The notes beneath the pieces were generated by a model. It was not told the origin of the DNA. It saw only the letters and a list, made by a program, of their open reading frames with translations, and ran no database searches. Below, piece after piece: positions 1 through 11,845 of a DNA stretch of 64,000 bases. This stretch comes from Felis catus (taxonomy: Eukaryota): assembly GCF_018350175.1 (NCBI RefSeq), contig NC_058368.1:101806001-101870000 (forward strand), read 5' to 3'. Position 1 is the first letter of the stretch. Every line of letters starts with the position of its first letter. The position numbers and the translations under genes were made by a program.

Positions 1-1229
1 CACCTATCTAGAGGCCTCCAGAAATAGGCTCTGGGGATAGAGGCCAGTGGCCACCCTATTTACACTGTCCCTCTGCCTCACTCTGGGTCACCAGTATTTC
101 CCTGAAAGGTGCTTCCTTGTCGGGCACCCTGAATTTTGCAGCTCCAGCCCAGGGAACACTGACAGGTGTCCCCTGCACAGCTGGCCAATGGGTCTGATGC
201 TCAAGAGCCCGCCAGGATGGTAACAAATGGAGAAAGAGTTAAGTGGCTACCATTCCCATCACACAGCAAGAGGCAGCAAACTGAAATGCTGTCTTTCCTT
301 GAAAGAGATCTTATTTGCTGTGGCCAGCAAGGCTGGCTTCTAAATAAACCCACATCTGAAGGCATACTATACTCCTCTTCAGTGACCCTAGAGGGTAGGC
401 ATCATCTTCCTGTCCTTTGTCCACCGTGCTCCAGAGTTCCAGTGTCTCCCAATGGTGGGGGGGGGGGTCACCCAGGCCTGATAGCCTGGCTTTTATGTCT
501 GGTGCTCCAGTTGTTGTGACTGCTGCCCAGGGAAATGGCCCCTAGTCAGCTGGCTCTAGAGCTCAGCAGGGCTTACAGTCACGGGTCTCCTGGGAACATA
601 ACAAACAAAGTTCAGGGTTGGCCACCGCCTCCAGGGCAGGGCACCAATAACAGATTAAAACACACTCCCAGTCTTTCTGTGGAAGAGGCCTAACTGCTTC
701 TTCTGGAGCTTTGGCCTAAGGAGCAGGACTCTGGTTTGGAACTTATCCAGGAGCCTACTGAGATGCTCTCTGGGGATGGAGGCCAGTGAACGCCATCTTG
801 ATGTCACCGTCTGTTTTGCTTTAGGTCCCTAGCTAGAGACATATTGGCACCCCAATATGTGCACCTGCCATTTGGGGATACTTTTAGATTGCCAGATTCT
901 AATGGCCAGTGGGGGTTACGCCTGCAGTTCCACAAGACTATATATATTTAAATTCTTTAAAAGCTGCTGTTGAGGGTGTAGTTTTCAATCAGGTGTTAAC
1001 TGAGATCCTCCCCTTTGGGACACTGATAAGTTGTGGCACACCTTCAACTACTGAGGGCCATGAAAAATAAAATTGGCTCCTTGGACAATCCCAAAGGTTT
1101 GAGAGACAACCAAGAGCTAGGGCAGGGTTGAACAATGAGGTTCATTTCCTACATGAGGCCACTATCTCAAGACTATGAGTAGTGGCTCTTTTCTAGTACA
1201 TCAAAACAACGAACGTCGAACCCAATGAA

Positions 1230-2093
1230 GTCACGGGACTATGTTTCAAATGAAAGAACAAAGTAAAACCTCAGAAAAAAATCTTAAGGAAATAAAGACA
1301 AGCCATTTACCTGATGAAGAGTTCAAAATATTGTTCCTTAAAATAACGTTCCTAGAGTAGCTTGCTGAACTTGGGTTAAGGGTAGATAATTGAAAACCGA
1401 GAATTTCAAACATGAAACAGAAAATATAAGAAACCACCAGAGACAAGTCAATGAGCTGAAGAATAAAATAACTGAACTGAAAAATACACCAGCGGGCTTT
1501 AACAGTAGACTAGATGAAGCAGAACAGATCAGTGAACTCAAAGAAAGGGCAGTCGAAGTCACCCAATTAGGGCAGCAGAAAGAAAACAAAACAAAAAAGA
1601 TGAAGACAGCGTAAGCATCAGCAGTCACATAATAAAGGTCACAGATGGAGAAGAGAAAGAGAAAGGAGCAGGAAACTTATTTGAAGAAATAATGGCTGAC
1701 AACTTCCTTAACCTCGAGAAGGAAAAGACATCCAGATCCAAGAAGTCCAGAGAGTTTCAAATAACATGGACACTTAGAGACCCACATCAAGACACAAGAT
1801 AAATAAAGTCTACAAAAGTAAAGACAAGGAGAGACTCTTAAAAGCAGCAAGGGAAAATTTACTTGTAATGTGTAGGGGAACCCCCAGAAAACTACTAGCA
1901 GACTTTTGGCAGAAACTTTGCAGGAGAGGAGGGAATGTGGTATATTCAAAGTGCTAAAAGAAAAGAAATTTTCACCAAGAATATTCTACCTGGCAAATCT
2001 GTCATTCAGAATTAAAGGAGAGATACTGAATTTTCCAGACAAGCAAAAACTAAAGCTATACACCTACAAGAACTGTTAAGGAGACTTCTTTAA
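1230..2093 (+). pseudogene. L1 ORF1 remnant (frameshifted)
   Basis: Track ORF 1390-1614 is ORF1 coiled-coil-like; C-terminal ...CCTACAAGAACTGTTAAGGAGACTTCTTTAA resembles the LQEMLKGLL* end; many stops. Confidence 0.85.
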
Positions 2094-3627
2094 GCTGAAA
2101 TGAAAGGGTGTCAATGAATAAAGGGAAAACATATGAGAGGATACATCACATGGGTACAGCTAATTTTTATAAATATTATATAAAAATATATTTTAAAAAA
2201 CATATTAAAGTTGAGAATAATCTAATAGTGTAACAGTGATGAGCTCATCACTTCTAAAACTAGGACAAAGGTTAAAAGACGGAAGTAGTAAAATAACCAC
2301 AACTATATTAATTTTGACAAGGGATACACAAGATAAGATGTAAATGGTGATGTCAAAACATAAATTACTGGGTGTAAAGAAGCAGCACTTTAGAATGAGT
2401 TCAAAATCAGTTGTTAACATACAATAGACTATATAAATACAAGTTGTTTTATGTCAGTCTCATGGTAATGACAAAAAAAAAATGAGTAGATACACAAAAT
2501 AAAGAGAGAAATATCTAAACATACCACCGAAGAAAACCAGTGAATCACAAAGGAATAGGGCAAGAAGAAAGGAATAGAATAACTACAAGCCACCCAGAAA
2601 ATAATGAACAAAATGGCAGTAAGTACACACCTATCATACTTCAAGGCAAATGGACTACTTTTTCTATCCAAAGAGTGGATAGATTTTTAAAAGCCATCTA
2701 TATGCTGCCTACAAAAGACTCATTTCTAAAGAAAGACTGAAAGTCAAAGGATGGTTAAAGATATTATATACAAAAGGAACACAAAGAAACTTAGCTACAC
2801 TTGGACAAAAGAGACTTTAGGAATATAAGAGACAAAAACTGTGAAAGACAAAAATCTCTATTTCATAACGGCAAAGGGGACAATCAAAAAAGAAAATACA
2901 ATACTTGTAATATTTATGCCTCTAGCATAAATAGGATGCTAGATTTAGGAGCAACTAAATATATAAAACAAGTATTAACAGACCTATAGGAAGAAACAGA
3001 TAGGAATAACAACATAGTAGAGAATTTTAATACCTTACCTTCACCACTGAAAACACATCTAGACAGAAAAAGAGTATGGAAACACTTGCCTTAAATGAAA
3101 CATTAGACTAAGTGGACTTAAGACATATAGACAAAACATTCCATCCCTAAATAACAGAATAAGAATTTCTCTCAAAAGCACAGGAAAAGTCCCCAGAACA
3201 GTTATGTTAGGCCACAAAACAAGTGTCAATAAATTTAAGAATAATGAACCCATGGCAAGGATCTTTTCCAAACACAATGATATGAGACTAAAATCAAATT
3301 ACAAGAAGAAAACTGGTAAAATCTCAAGTAGGTTGAGCAAAACAACATGCTACTGAAAAATGAATGGATCAAAATCAGCAATTAAAAGAGAAATAAAAAA
3401 ATAACTTGACACCAATGAGATACACATATACCAAAACACAAAATGAAACGCAGCAAAAGCGGAAGAGGGAAGTTCATAGCAATAAATGCTTTAAATTCTT
3501 TAAGACACGAATAATCTCAATCTAACTTACACCTCAAGGAACTAGAAAAAAAAGAACAAACATAACCCAAAGTTAGTAGGAGGAAGAAAATAACAAAGAT
3601 CACAACAGAAATAAATGAAAGAGACAC

Positions 3628-3849
3628 GGGTGCCTGGGTGGCTCAGTTGGTTAAATGTCCGACTTCAGCTCAGGTCATGATCTCGTGATTCATGAGTTCA
3701 AGCCCTGCTTCAAGCTCTGTGCTGACAGCTCAGAGCCTGGAGCCTGCTTCAGATTCTGTGTTTCCCTCTCTCTCTGCTCCTCCCCCATTCAGGCTCTGTC
3801 TCTCTGTCTCTGAAAAATAAATAAAAGTTTTTAAAAAATTAAAAAAAAA
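3628..3849 (+). mobile_element. Can-SINE (SINEC_Fc2-like), no clear TSD
   Basis: GGGTGCCTGGGTGGCTCAG tRNA-derived head, CT-rich linker, AATAAA/A tail. Confidence 0.95.
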
Positions 3850-4750
3850 GAAATGTGTAGGATCAGATAATAAATTCTACCAAAATTCTTCCAAATTCTT
3901 CCAAAAAAAAAATTCTTCCAAAAAAAAAATGAAGGGGCAATCCGAAATTCATTTTATGAGGCCAGCATTACCCTGACCAAAACCAGACAAGAACACAAGA
4001 AAGAAAATTATAAGGCAATATCCCCAATGAACATAGATGCAAAACTCCTCAATAACATATTAGCAGAGTTTAACAACATTAAAAGGATCACAAACCACAA
4101 TTCAATGGGATTTAATCCAGGGATGCAAGGATGATAAACATCTGCAAATCAATCTGTGGGATACAACAAAATGAAGGGTTAAAATTATATGATCATCACA
4201 ATGTATGCAGAAGAAACATTTGACAGAATTCAACTTCCATTCCTGATAAAAATTTGCAAAAAAATGGATACAGAAGGAAGGTACCACAACATAATCAGGA
4301 TGATATATGACAAACACACAGCTAATATCATACTCAACGGTGAAAACTTTTCTTCTAAGATTAGAAACAAGACAAGGATGCCCCCTCTGACCACTCCTAC
4401 TCAACGTAGTACTAGAAGTCCTAGCCAGAACAATCAGGCAAGAAAAAAAAAGAAAAAAAAATGTATCCAAATCAGAAAAAGAAGGGAAACGGTTTTCAGA
4501 TGGCATGATATAGAAAACCCTAAGGACCCCACCAAAAAACCATTACAACTAATAAATGAGTTAGTAAAGTTGCAGGATACAAAACCAACATACAAAAATC
4601 CGTTGTGTTTCCATACACTAGCAATGAACTTTCAGAAAAAGAAATAAAGAAAACAATCCCATTTTCACAGGTATCAAAAACAATAAAATACCTGGGAATA
4701 AATTTAACCAAACAAGTGCAAGATCTGTACACTCAAAACTACAAAACACT

Positions 4751-4978
4751 GGGGCGCCTGGATGGCGCAGTCGGTTAAGCGTCCGACTTCAGCCAGGTCA
4801 CGATCTCGCGGTCCGTGAGTTCGAGCCCCGTGTCAGGCTCTGGGCTGATGGCTCAGAGCCTGGAGCCTGTTTCCGATTCTGTCTCCCTCTCTCTCTGCCC
4901 CTCCCCCGTTCATGCTCTGTCTCTCTGTCCCAAAAATAAATAAACGTTGAAAAAAAAAATTAAAAAAAAAAACAAAAC
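4751..4978 (+). mobile_element. Young Can-SINE (SINEC_Fc-like)
   Basis: GGGGCGCCTGGATGGCGCAG head; TSD AAAACTACAAAACACT (4735-4750) / AAAACTAGAAAACACT (4979-4994). Confidence 0.97.
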
Positions 4979-5806
4979 AAAACTAGAAAACACTGATTAA
5001 AGAAACCGAAGAAAAGAGAACCAAACGGGAAGATATCTCATGTTCATGGGCTGGAAAAAATTAATATTCTTAAATGTCCATACTACAGAAAACCATCTAT
5101 AGCATTAATGCAATCCCTATGGAAATTCCATGGCAACTCTTAGGGAACTGGAAAAAAATACTACCAGAATTTGTAGAGAAGCACAAACCCCCAAAGAGCC
5201 AAAGCAACCCCAAGAAAGTAAAACATGGCTGGAGGCATTATACTTCCTGATTTCAAACTCTATTACAAAGATGTTTTAATATTACGGTACTAGCGTTATG
5301 AATAGACACATAAGCCAGTGGATCAGTACTGAGAGTCAAGATATAAACTCTCACATATGGTCAACTCATATTCAACAAAGGAGCCCAGACAATGAAGGAG
5401 AAAAGAAAATCTCTGCAATAAATGGTGCTGGGAGAACCATTTGACTGGGAGAACCATTGACACTTCTCACAAATATTGAGATTCAAAAAGAATGAAATGT
5501 AAAATCTCAAACTATAAAATTCCTAGAAGAAAACAGGGAAAAACGTTTTGGACATTGCTCTTGGTGATGAGTTTTTGGATTTGACACCGAAAGCAAAGGC
5601 AACAAAAGCAAAATAAACAAGTGGGACAACATCAAACTAAAAAAGAATTGTTTACAATAAACGAAACCATCAACAAAATGAAAAGGCAGCCTACTGAATG
5701 GGAGAAAATATGTGGAAACTGTATACCTCAAAAGGGATTAATATCCACAATATATAAAGAACACATGTAATTCAACAGCAAAGAATCTCAAAGAATCCAT
5801 TAAAAA

Positions 5807-5928
5807 AAACTGAGGGTAGTTGGGGGGGGTGTAAAGTGGGTGATGGGCATTGAGGAGGGCACCTATTGGGATAAGCATTGGGTATTGTATGGAAACCAAT
5901 TTGACAATACATTTCATATTTAAAAAAA
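5807..5928 (+). mobile_element. Severely 5'-truncated felid-type L1 3' end (~120 bp) inserted in older L1
   Basis: CTGAGGG...GGGTGATGGGCATTGAGGAGGGCACC...GGAAACCAATTTGACAAT...TTTCATAT, homologous to 62388-62512; interrupts the host L1 in its A-run between AATCCATT and GGCAGAGGATCTGAATAGAC. Confidence 0.88.
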
Positions 5929-6680
5929 TAACAGGCAGAGGATCTGAATAGACATTTTGCCCAAAATGACAGAGAGGTGTTGAACATGGACAGGAAAAGA
6001 TGATCAACATCACTAATCATCAAGAAATCACAAATAAAAACGGCCATGAGATATCATCTCATACCCCTTAGAAAGACTGTTACCGAAATGACAAGAAATA
6101 CGAGAATGATATGGAGAAAAGGGAATCGTGTGCACTGCTGGCTGGAGTATAAAAAGTTGTTGCCTCTGGAAAAACAGTATGGTAGTTCACCAAAAAATTA
6201 AAATTAGGAACACCATATGATTCAACAATTCCCCTTCTGTGTATTTATTTGAAAAACAAAAACAAAGACAAAAACAGTAACTTAAAAAGATATATGTATT
6301 TCTCCCACTACCGTGTTCAGTGCAGCATATTTACAATAGCCAAGACAGAGTAGCAAGTGAAGTGTCCACTAATGGATGAATGGGTAAAGAAAATGTGTCA
6401 TAGGTACACAGTGGAATATTAGTCACAAAAGTGAAACAAATCTTGCCATTTGTGACAATGTAATCTTGGGGATATTACGGTAAGTGAAATGAACAGACAA
6501 AGACAAATACCATACGATCTCACTTACATGTAGAAACTAAAAAACAAAATAAAAAAAAAAAAGAAAGAAAGAAAATGAGGGCAGAGATACCGAGAACATA
6601 TAGCTGGCTATCAGAGGGGTGGGTGAAATGGCTGACGTGAGTCAAAAGGTAGAACCTTCTGGTTGTAAAATAAAGAACTC

Positions 6681-8536
6681 ATTCCAGGGAAGCAAGAATG
6701 GTTCCCTACTTACAAATCCATCAGCATGATACAGACATTAACAAAGTGAAGGATAAAAATCATATGATCATCTCAATAGGTACAGAAAAAGTAGGTGACA
6801 AAATTCACCATCTATTCATGATACAAACTCAACAAAGCAGGTTTAAAGAGAACATACTTCAACATAATAAAAAGCATGTATGACACACCCACAGTGAACA
6901 TCATACTCAATGGTGAAAAACTGAGAACTTTTCCTCTAAGATCAAGAGCAAGACAAGGATGTCTAGTCTCACCACTTTGACTGAAAATGGTACTGAAAGT
7001 CCTTGCCCCTGCAATCAGACAGGGAAAAGAAATAAAAAGCATCCAAATTGGCAAAGAAGAAGGGAAACCATCACTATTTGACATGATACTATACATAGAA
7101 GACCCCAAAGATTCCACCAAAAACCTATTACAAGTAATAAATGAATTCAATAAGGTCACAGGATACAAAATTAATATACAGAAATCTGCTGCCCCTCTGC
7201 ATGCTAATAATAAAGTAGGAAAAAGCAAACAATTCCATTTATAACTGAACCAAAAAAAATAAAATACCTAGGAATAAACTTAACTAAGGAGGTGAAAGAC
7301 TACTACTCTGAAAACAAGAAAAGACTGATGAGAGAAACTGAAGATAGCACAAACAAATGGAAAGATATACCGTGTCACGAGTTGGAAGAATACTGTTAAA
7401 ATGTGCACACTACCCAAAGCAATGTACATATTCAATTATCAGAAAGAAAAACAAAGCTGGCCACATTACAAGCTTAGATTTCAAGATACACGACAAAGCT
7501 ATAATAATTGAAACAGCTATAATAACTGAATACTTGTACTCGTACAAAAACAGACACCTAGATCAATGAAATAGAATAGAGAGCCCAGAAATAAACCTGC
7601 ACTGTACCGTCAATTTATGATACAGAAGGCAACACATATAGGGTGGGGGGAGGAGACAATAAATGCTGCTGGGAAAAAGGACTGCTACATGCCAAAAAAT
7701 CAAACTGGACCACTTTCTTTCACCATATGCAAAAATAAATTCAAAATGGACTGAAGACCTAAATATGAGACTTAAACTCACAAAACCCCTAGAAGAAAAC
7801 CTATACAATGTCTTGTATATCATTCGCTGTAACCACGTTTTTCTAGGTATGTCTTCTTAGGCAAAGGAAACAAAAGCAAAAATAAACTATTGGGACCACA
7901 CCAAAATACAAAGCTTTTGCATGGCGAAGGAAACCATCAACAAAATGAAAGACAACCCTCTGAATGTGAACAGATTGGCAAAAAATATATTCAATAAGGG
8001 CCTGATATCCAAAATATACAGAGAACTCATACAACTCAACACCAAAAAACAAATATGATTAAACAATTAAAACAATTAAAAATGATGAGAGGACCTGAAC
8101 AGACATTTTTCCAAAGAAAACAATACAGACGGCCAACAGATTCATGAAAAGATGCTCCACATTACTCATCATCAGGGAAATGGAAATCAAAACCACAATG
8201 AGATCTCACATCACACCCGTCAGAATGGCTAGTACGAAGAAGACAAGGCATAATAAGTGTTGATGAGGATGTGGAAACAAAGGAACCCTCTTCCCAGGTG
8301 GGAATGTAAATTGGTGCAATCACAATGGAAAACAATATGGCGGTTCCTCAAAAAATTATAAATAGAAATACCATATGGTCCAGTAATGCCACTGCTGGGT
8401 ATCTACCCAAAGAAAATGAATACCCTAATTCAACAAAATACATGTATGTCTATGTTTATTGCTGCATTATTTACAAAAGTGAAATTATGGAAGCAACCCC
8501 AGTTTCCATCCTGATGAATGGATAAAAAGGAGTGAT

Positions 8537-8580
<44 letters not shown>

Positions 8581-9065
8581 GAATATTACTCATCCATAAA
8601 AAAAGAAGGAAATCTTGCCATTTACAATAATATGGATGGACCTAGAGGGTATTATGCCAACTGAAATAATTCAGAATGAGAAAGAAAAATACAGTATTTC
8701 ACACATATGTGGAATGTAAACAACAAATGAACAAACAAATGTGTTTTACACACAAACACTATAAACACAGAGAACAAACTGATGGTTTCAATAGGGGAGG
8801 GGAGTATATGGAAAGGACAAAATGGATAAAGGGAGGTAAGGCATACAAGGCTTCCAGTTATGGAAAGAATAACTGATGGGGAAGAAATGTACAACACAGG
8901 GAATACAGTCAACGGTATTGCAGTAATGCTGTATGGTCACAGATGGCACCTATAGTTGTCGTGAACAAAGCATAATACAGAGTCGTCAAATGTTGTGCAC
9001 CTCCAACGATTTTAACAATGTGTTAACTATTCTCCAAAAAGAAGTAAAAGAGTAAATTTAAGAGT
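6681..9065 (+). mobile_element. 5'-truncated carnivore L1 (L1_Carn7-like) nested in the L1MA9-like 3'UTR
   Basis: Starts mid-RT (ATTCCAGGGAAGCAAGAATGG); ORF2 peptides at 6698 and 6987 ([20 protein letters not shown]); distinct 3'UTR ...GTATGGTCACAGATGGCACCTATAG...; A-rich tail. Confidence 0.88.
8539..8578. repeat. (AC)20 microsatellite
   Basis: Direct read. Confidence 0.97.
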
Positions 9066-9320
9066 AAAAAGCGAAACGGGGATGTAATAAACAGCACATT
9101 GTTTACAATGAAACTGCACTGCATATCTGCAAGTTGCTCAGAGAGTAAATCTTACAAGTTTTCATCACACACCAAAAATTTGTAACTACGTGAAGTGGCA
9201 GATGTTAACGAGATTTACTGTGGTAACCATTTTGCAATATATACAAATACGGAACCATGATGTCATAAACATGACAGTGTTATAACGCTGTATGTCAATC
9301 ATATGTAAATTAAAAAAAAT
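9066..9320 (+). mobile_element. Distal 3'UTR of the L1MA9-like element
   Basis: GGGGATGTAAT...AAGTTGCTCAGAGAGTAAATCTT...TGTAACTACGTG...TATGTCAATCATAT followed by an A tail. Confidence 0.85.
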
Positions 9321-9324
9321 TATA

Positions 9325-9788
9325 GGGGCGCCTGGGTGGCTTGGTTGGTTAAGTATCCAACTTTGGCTCAGGTCATGATTTTGCGGTTCGTGAGTTCGAG
9401 CCCGCGTCAAGCTCTGTGCTGACAGCTCAGAGCCTGGAGCCTGCTTTGGATTCTGTGTGTGTGTCTCTCTCTCTGCTCCTCCCTTGTTCACACTCTGTCT
9501 CTCCCTCTCTTTCCTTTTTGTTTTTTTTAATTTTTTTTAACGTTTATTTATTTTTGAGACAGAGAGAGACAGAGCATGAACAGGGGAGGAGCAGAGAGAG
9601 AGGGAGACACAGAATCTGAAACAGGCTCCAGGCTCTGAGCTGTCAGCACAGAGCCCGACGCAGGGCTTGAACTCACGGGCCATGAGATCATGACCTGAGC
9701 CGAAGTCGGACGCTTAACCGACCAAGCCACCCAGGCGCCCCTCCCTCTCTTTCAAAAATGAATACACATTAGAAAAATTTTTAAAAAA
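9325..9788 (+). mobile_element. Can-SINE (host) in the L1 poly(A) tail, split by an antisense SINE
   Basis: Head at 9325, CT linker to 9513, tail resumes after 9753; degenerate TSD A(n)ATTATA on both sides. Confidence 0.93.
9514..9741 (-). mobile_element. Can-SINE nested antisense inside another Can-SINE
   Basis: Reverse-complement SINE ending CCAGGCGCCCC; perfect TSD TCCCTCTCTTTC (9502-9513 / 9742-9753). Confidence 0.96.
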
Positions 9789-10444
9789 GGATTATAAAAA
9801 AAGATGCATCTGAGAGAACACAAGTGAAGGAATGTTAATGACAAGCACTTTGTAAACTGTAAAACACCAAACACATTCGTCATTGTATGAGTGACAACCA
9901 AAAATACCACATGGTGCTATGAGACATGAGCACTATATTGATAACTGGAAACAGTGAGTCTCAGTAAATATTTATTAATTAATGCTACTTAGACGGTCAC
10001 AGTGGAATCATAGTGGCCAACGGTGACAATGTTGTAGAATCTTGCTGGTTCAAAAATGCCAAATTTGTATAAGGAAAGGTTGCCTCAATTTCTAACAGGT
10101 CAGAAGCTCCATGATTATTAGCCAGTCAAGTGTTTATTTCCTGTTTTCCCTCCAGGTGTATCAGGCCACTTTTGTCTCCCTCGTGCTCATTTTTTTTTTC
10201 CAGCTCAAAATCATGATTTCTGATTTTCTAAGCCACCATCTCTATTCTTCTAAGATCAGTAAGGGGAAACCGTCACAAGGGACGGCAGGTGGCTGTGACA
10301 GTGTTACACAGCATCAGTGATGGCTAGTGACAAGTCAAAGGTTGACAAGAAATGCAGCCCTCCATCCAGGTCACTGCTCTGTCACAAACGGCTCAGTTGC
10401 TAAGAGAGCTAATCTACTCTCGAGGATATTCTGACACATACACG

Positions 10445-10445
<1 letters not shown>

Positions 10446-10475
<30 letters not shown>
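10446..10475. repeat. Poly(T)30
   Basis: Direct read. Confidence 0.95.
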
Positions 10476-10478
<3 letters not shown>

Positions 10479-11628
10479 GTTTGTGATATGCGATGGCGCT
10501 ATCAAAGTTGGGGTGGAGCAGAGTGCAGACCCTAAATATTTCCTCTATGTGTCAGAAACGGTCATCTGAGAAGACTGCATTATTGGGGCAAGTAACCACA
10601 GCTCGGACCACAGAGGCCAGCAATGTTTGTGTTTATTTCAAGACGCTGGATCCAGAGTCGAGGTCTGGTATTTTGCTAGTGACTGCTGAAGAGGAGGGAT
10701 TTGGCTTCTGGCAGAACATAAAGCCAAGCTGACAACAAAGCTCTCCTTTCAAGCTATCCAAATGAACACATTTCTAATCTGAAATTCAAATACTTGACAA
10801 CAGAGAGCCTGTGAGCCGGGCTTTGAACAGGAAATTGCTTCATGGTTTTAGCATAATGAATTAGGCAGTTAGACTAAATCCATTTAGTAGGAAAAGAATG
10901 CTTTCACATGCTTTCTGAAAGAAAGGAAGGTGGGGGGAAGCCTTCTTAATTTCTCAAATTTCTCAGGACTTATAGACACAAATGCTCCATGTAAATTTTA
11001 TCTGTTGTGTTCTATGCTTGGGATGTAAAAAGGCATCTGAGCTCAGTATTCAGAAATTATCTTTGTTAGAAAATGCTGTGCCTTTTAATGTTGGGGAAGC
11101 GGAAGGTGATGAACATAGGTCATCCTTCTCCGTGTCCTGTACTTTCCCTGACAATGGTGCATGCATTTTAATTCTGAAGCCCTGTCAAGTCCAAAGACAC
11201 AGCATTGCATGCTGTTGGGAATGGGGAGGGTAGACGTGGAGGAAGAGAGTGAGCCTGGACAGCAGAGGCGGATGGAGACTGGTGCTGTCCACAGGGCAGG
11301 CATTCCTAGTCCTTGCTGCCAGATTCACACCTCTAGCTCGCAGTCCTGAGCACAGAAGTCGGCTACTCCATCAGCTGGGTTTGTGACAACAGGGGCGGCA
11401 GTGAAGCTTCCAGTAGAGTATGGGGAGGGCTACAGAAGGGGAGGTGAGGTTTCCTCACGTCAGGTACAAGTAACAAGGGTGACCTAGAGAGGGTCTGCTG
11501 ACAGACATCCCTTGGGAAAGACAGAACTTGGAAAAAAAAAAATCAAAAGGCAAATCAAGAGTAATGATTGGGCACGCAAAAAAGACAAAGACCCTGGAAG
11601 AAGAGCTGGTTAAAATCCCGTTCTGGGC

Positions 11629-11845
11629 GGGGCGCCTGGGTGGCGCAGTCGGTTGAGCGTCCGACTTCAGCCAGGTCACGATCTCGCGGTCCGTGAGTTT
11701 GAGCCCCGCGTTGGGCTCTGGGCTGGTGGCTCGGAGCCTGGAGCCTGTTTCCGATTCTGTGTCTCCCTCTCTCTCTGCCCCTCCCCCGTTCATGCTCTGT
11801 CTCTCTCTGTCCCAAAAATAAATAAACGTTGAAAAAAAAATAATT
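11629..11845 (+). mobile_element. Young Can-SINE (SINEC_Fc-like)
   Basis: CpG-rich; perfect TSD AAAATCCCGTTCTGGGC (11612-11628 / 11846-11862) at a TT/AAAA L1-EN site. Confidence 0.97.

Larger units (their letters stand above)
2613..6540 (+). pseudogene. L1 ORF2 (EN-RT) remnant, inactive
   Basis: EN motifs (ICCLQ-like TATATGCTGCCTACAAAAGACTCA; NIYA), RT motifs at 4189-4510 with catalytic FADD mutated (TTTTCAGATGGCATG); deletions and nested insertions. Confidence 0.85.
1..6680 (+). mobile_element. Near full-length decayed LINE-1 (L1MA9-like): 5'UTR, ORF1, inter-ORF, ORF2 and start of 3'UTR; continues at 9066-9320
   Basis: ORF1-like peptides (QMKEQSKT...LPDEEFK; NELKNKITELKNT...FNSRLDEAE), ORF2 EN start ATGGCAGTAAGTACA at 2613, RT remnants (MIITMYAEETFDRIQ), and a 3'UTR that is interrupted at 6680 and resumes in register near 9066. 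The 5' end runs off the window. Confidence 0.9.

Noticed and set aside
4189..4647. 152-aa RT-like ORF as a functional gene
   Set aside because: Frameshifted L1 ORF2 fragment with a destroyed catalytic motif.
10446..10600. Poly(T)-ACAG as a splice acceptor or a retrocopy tail
   Set aside because: No recognisable protein downstream, only a weak donor, and no TSD found.
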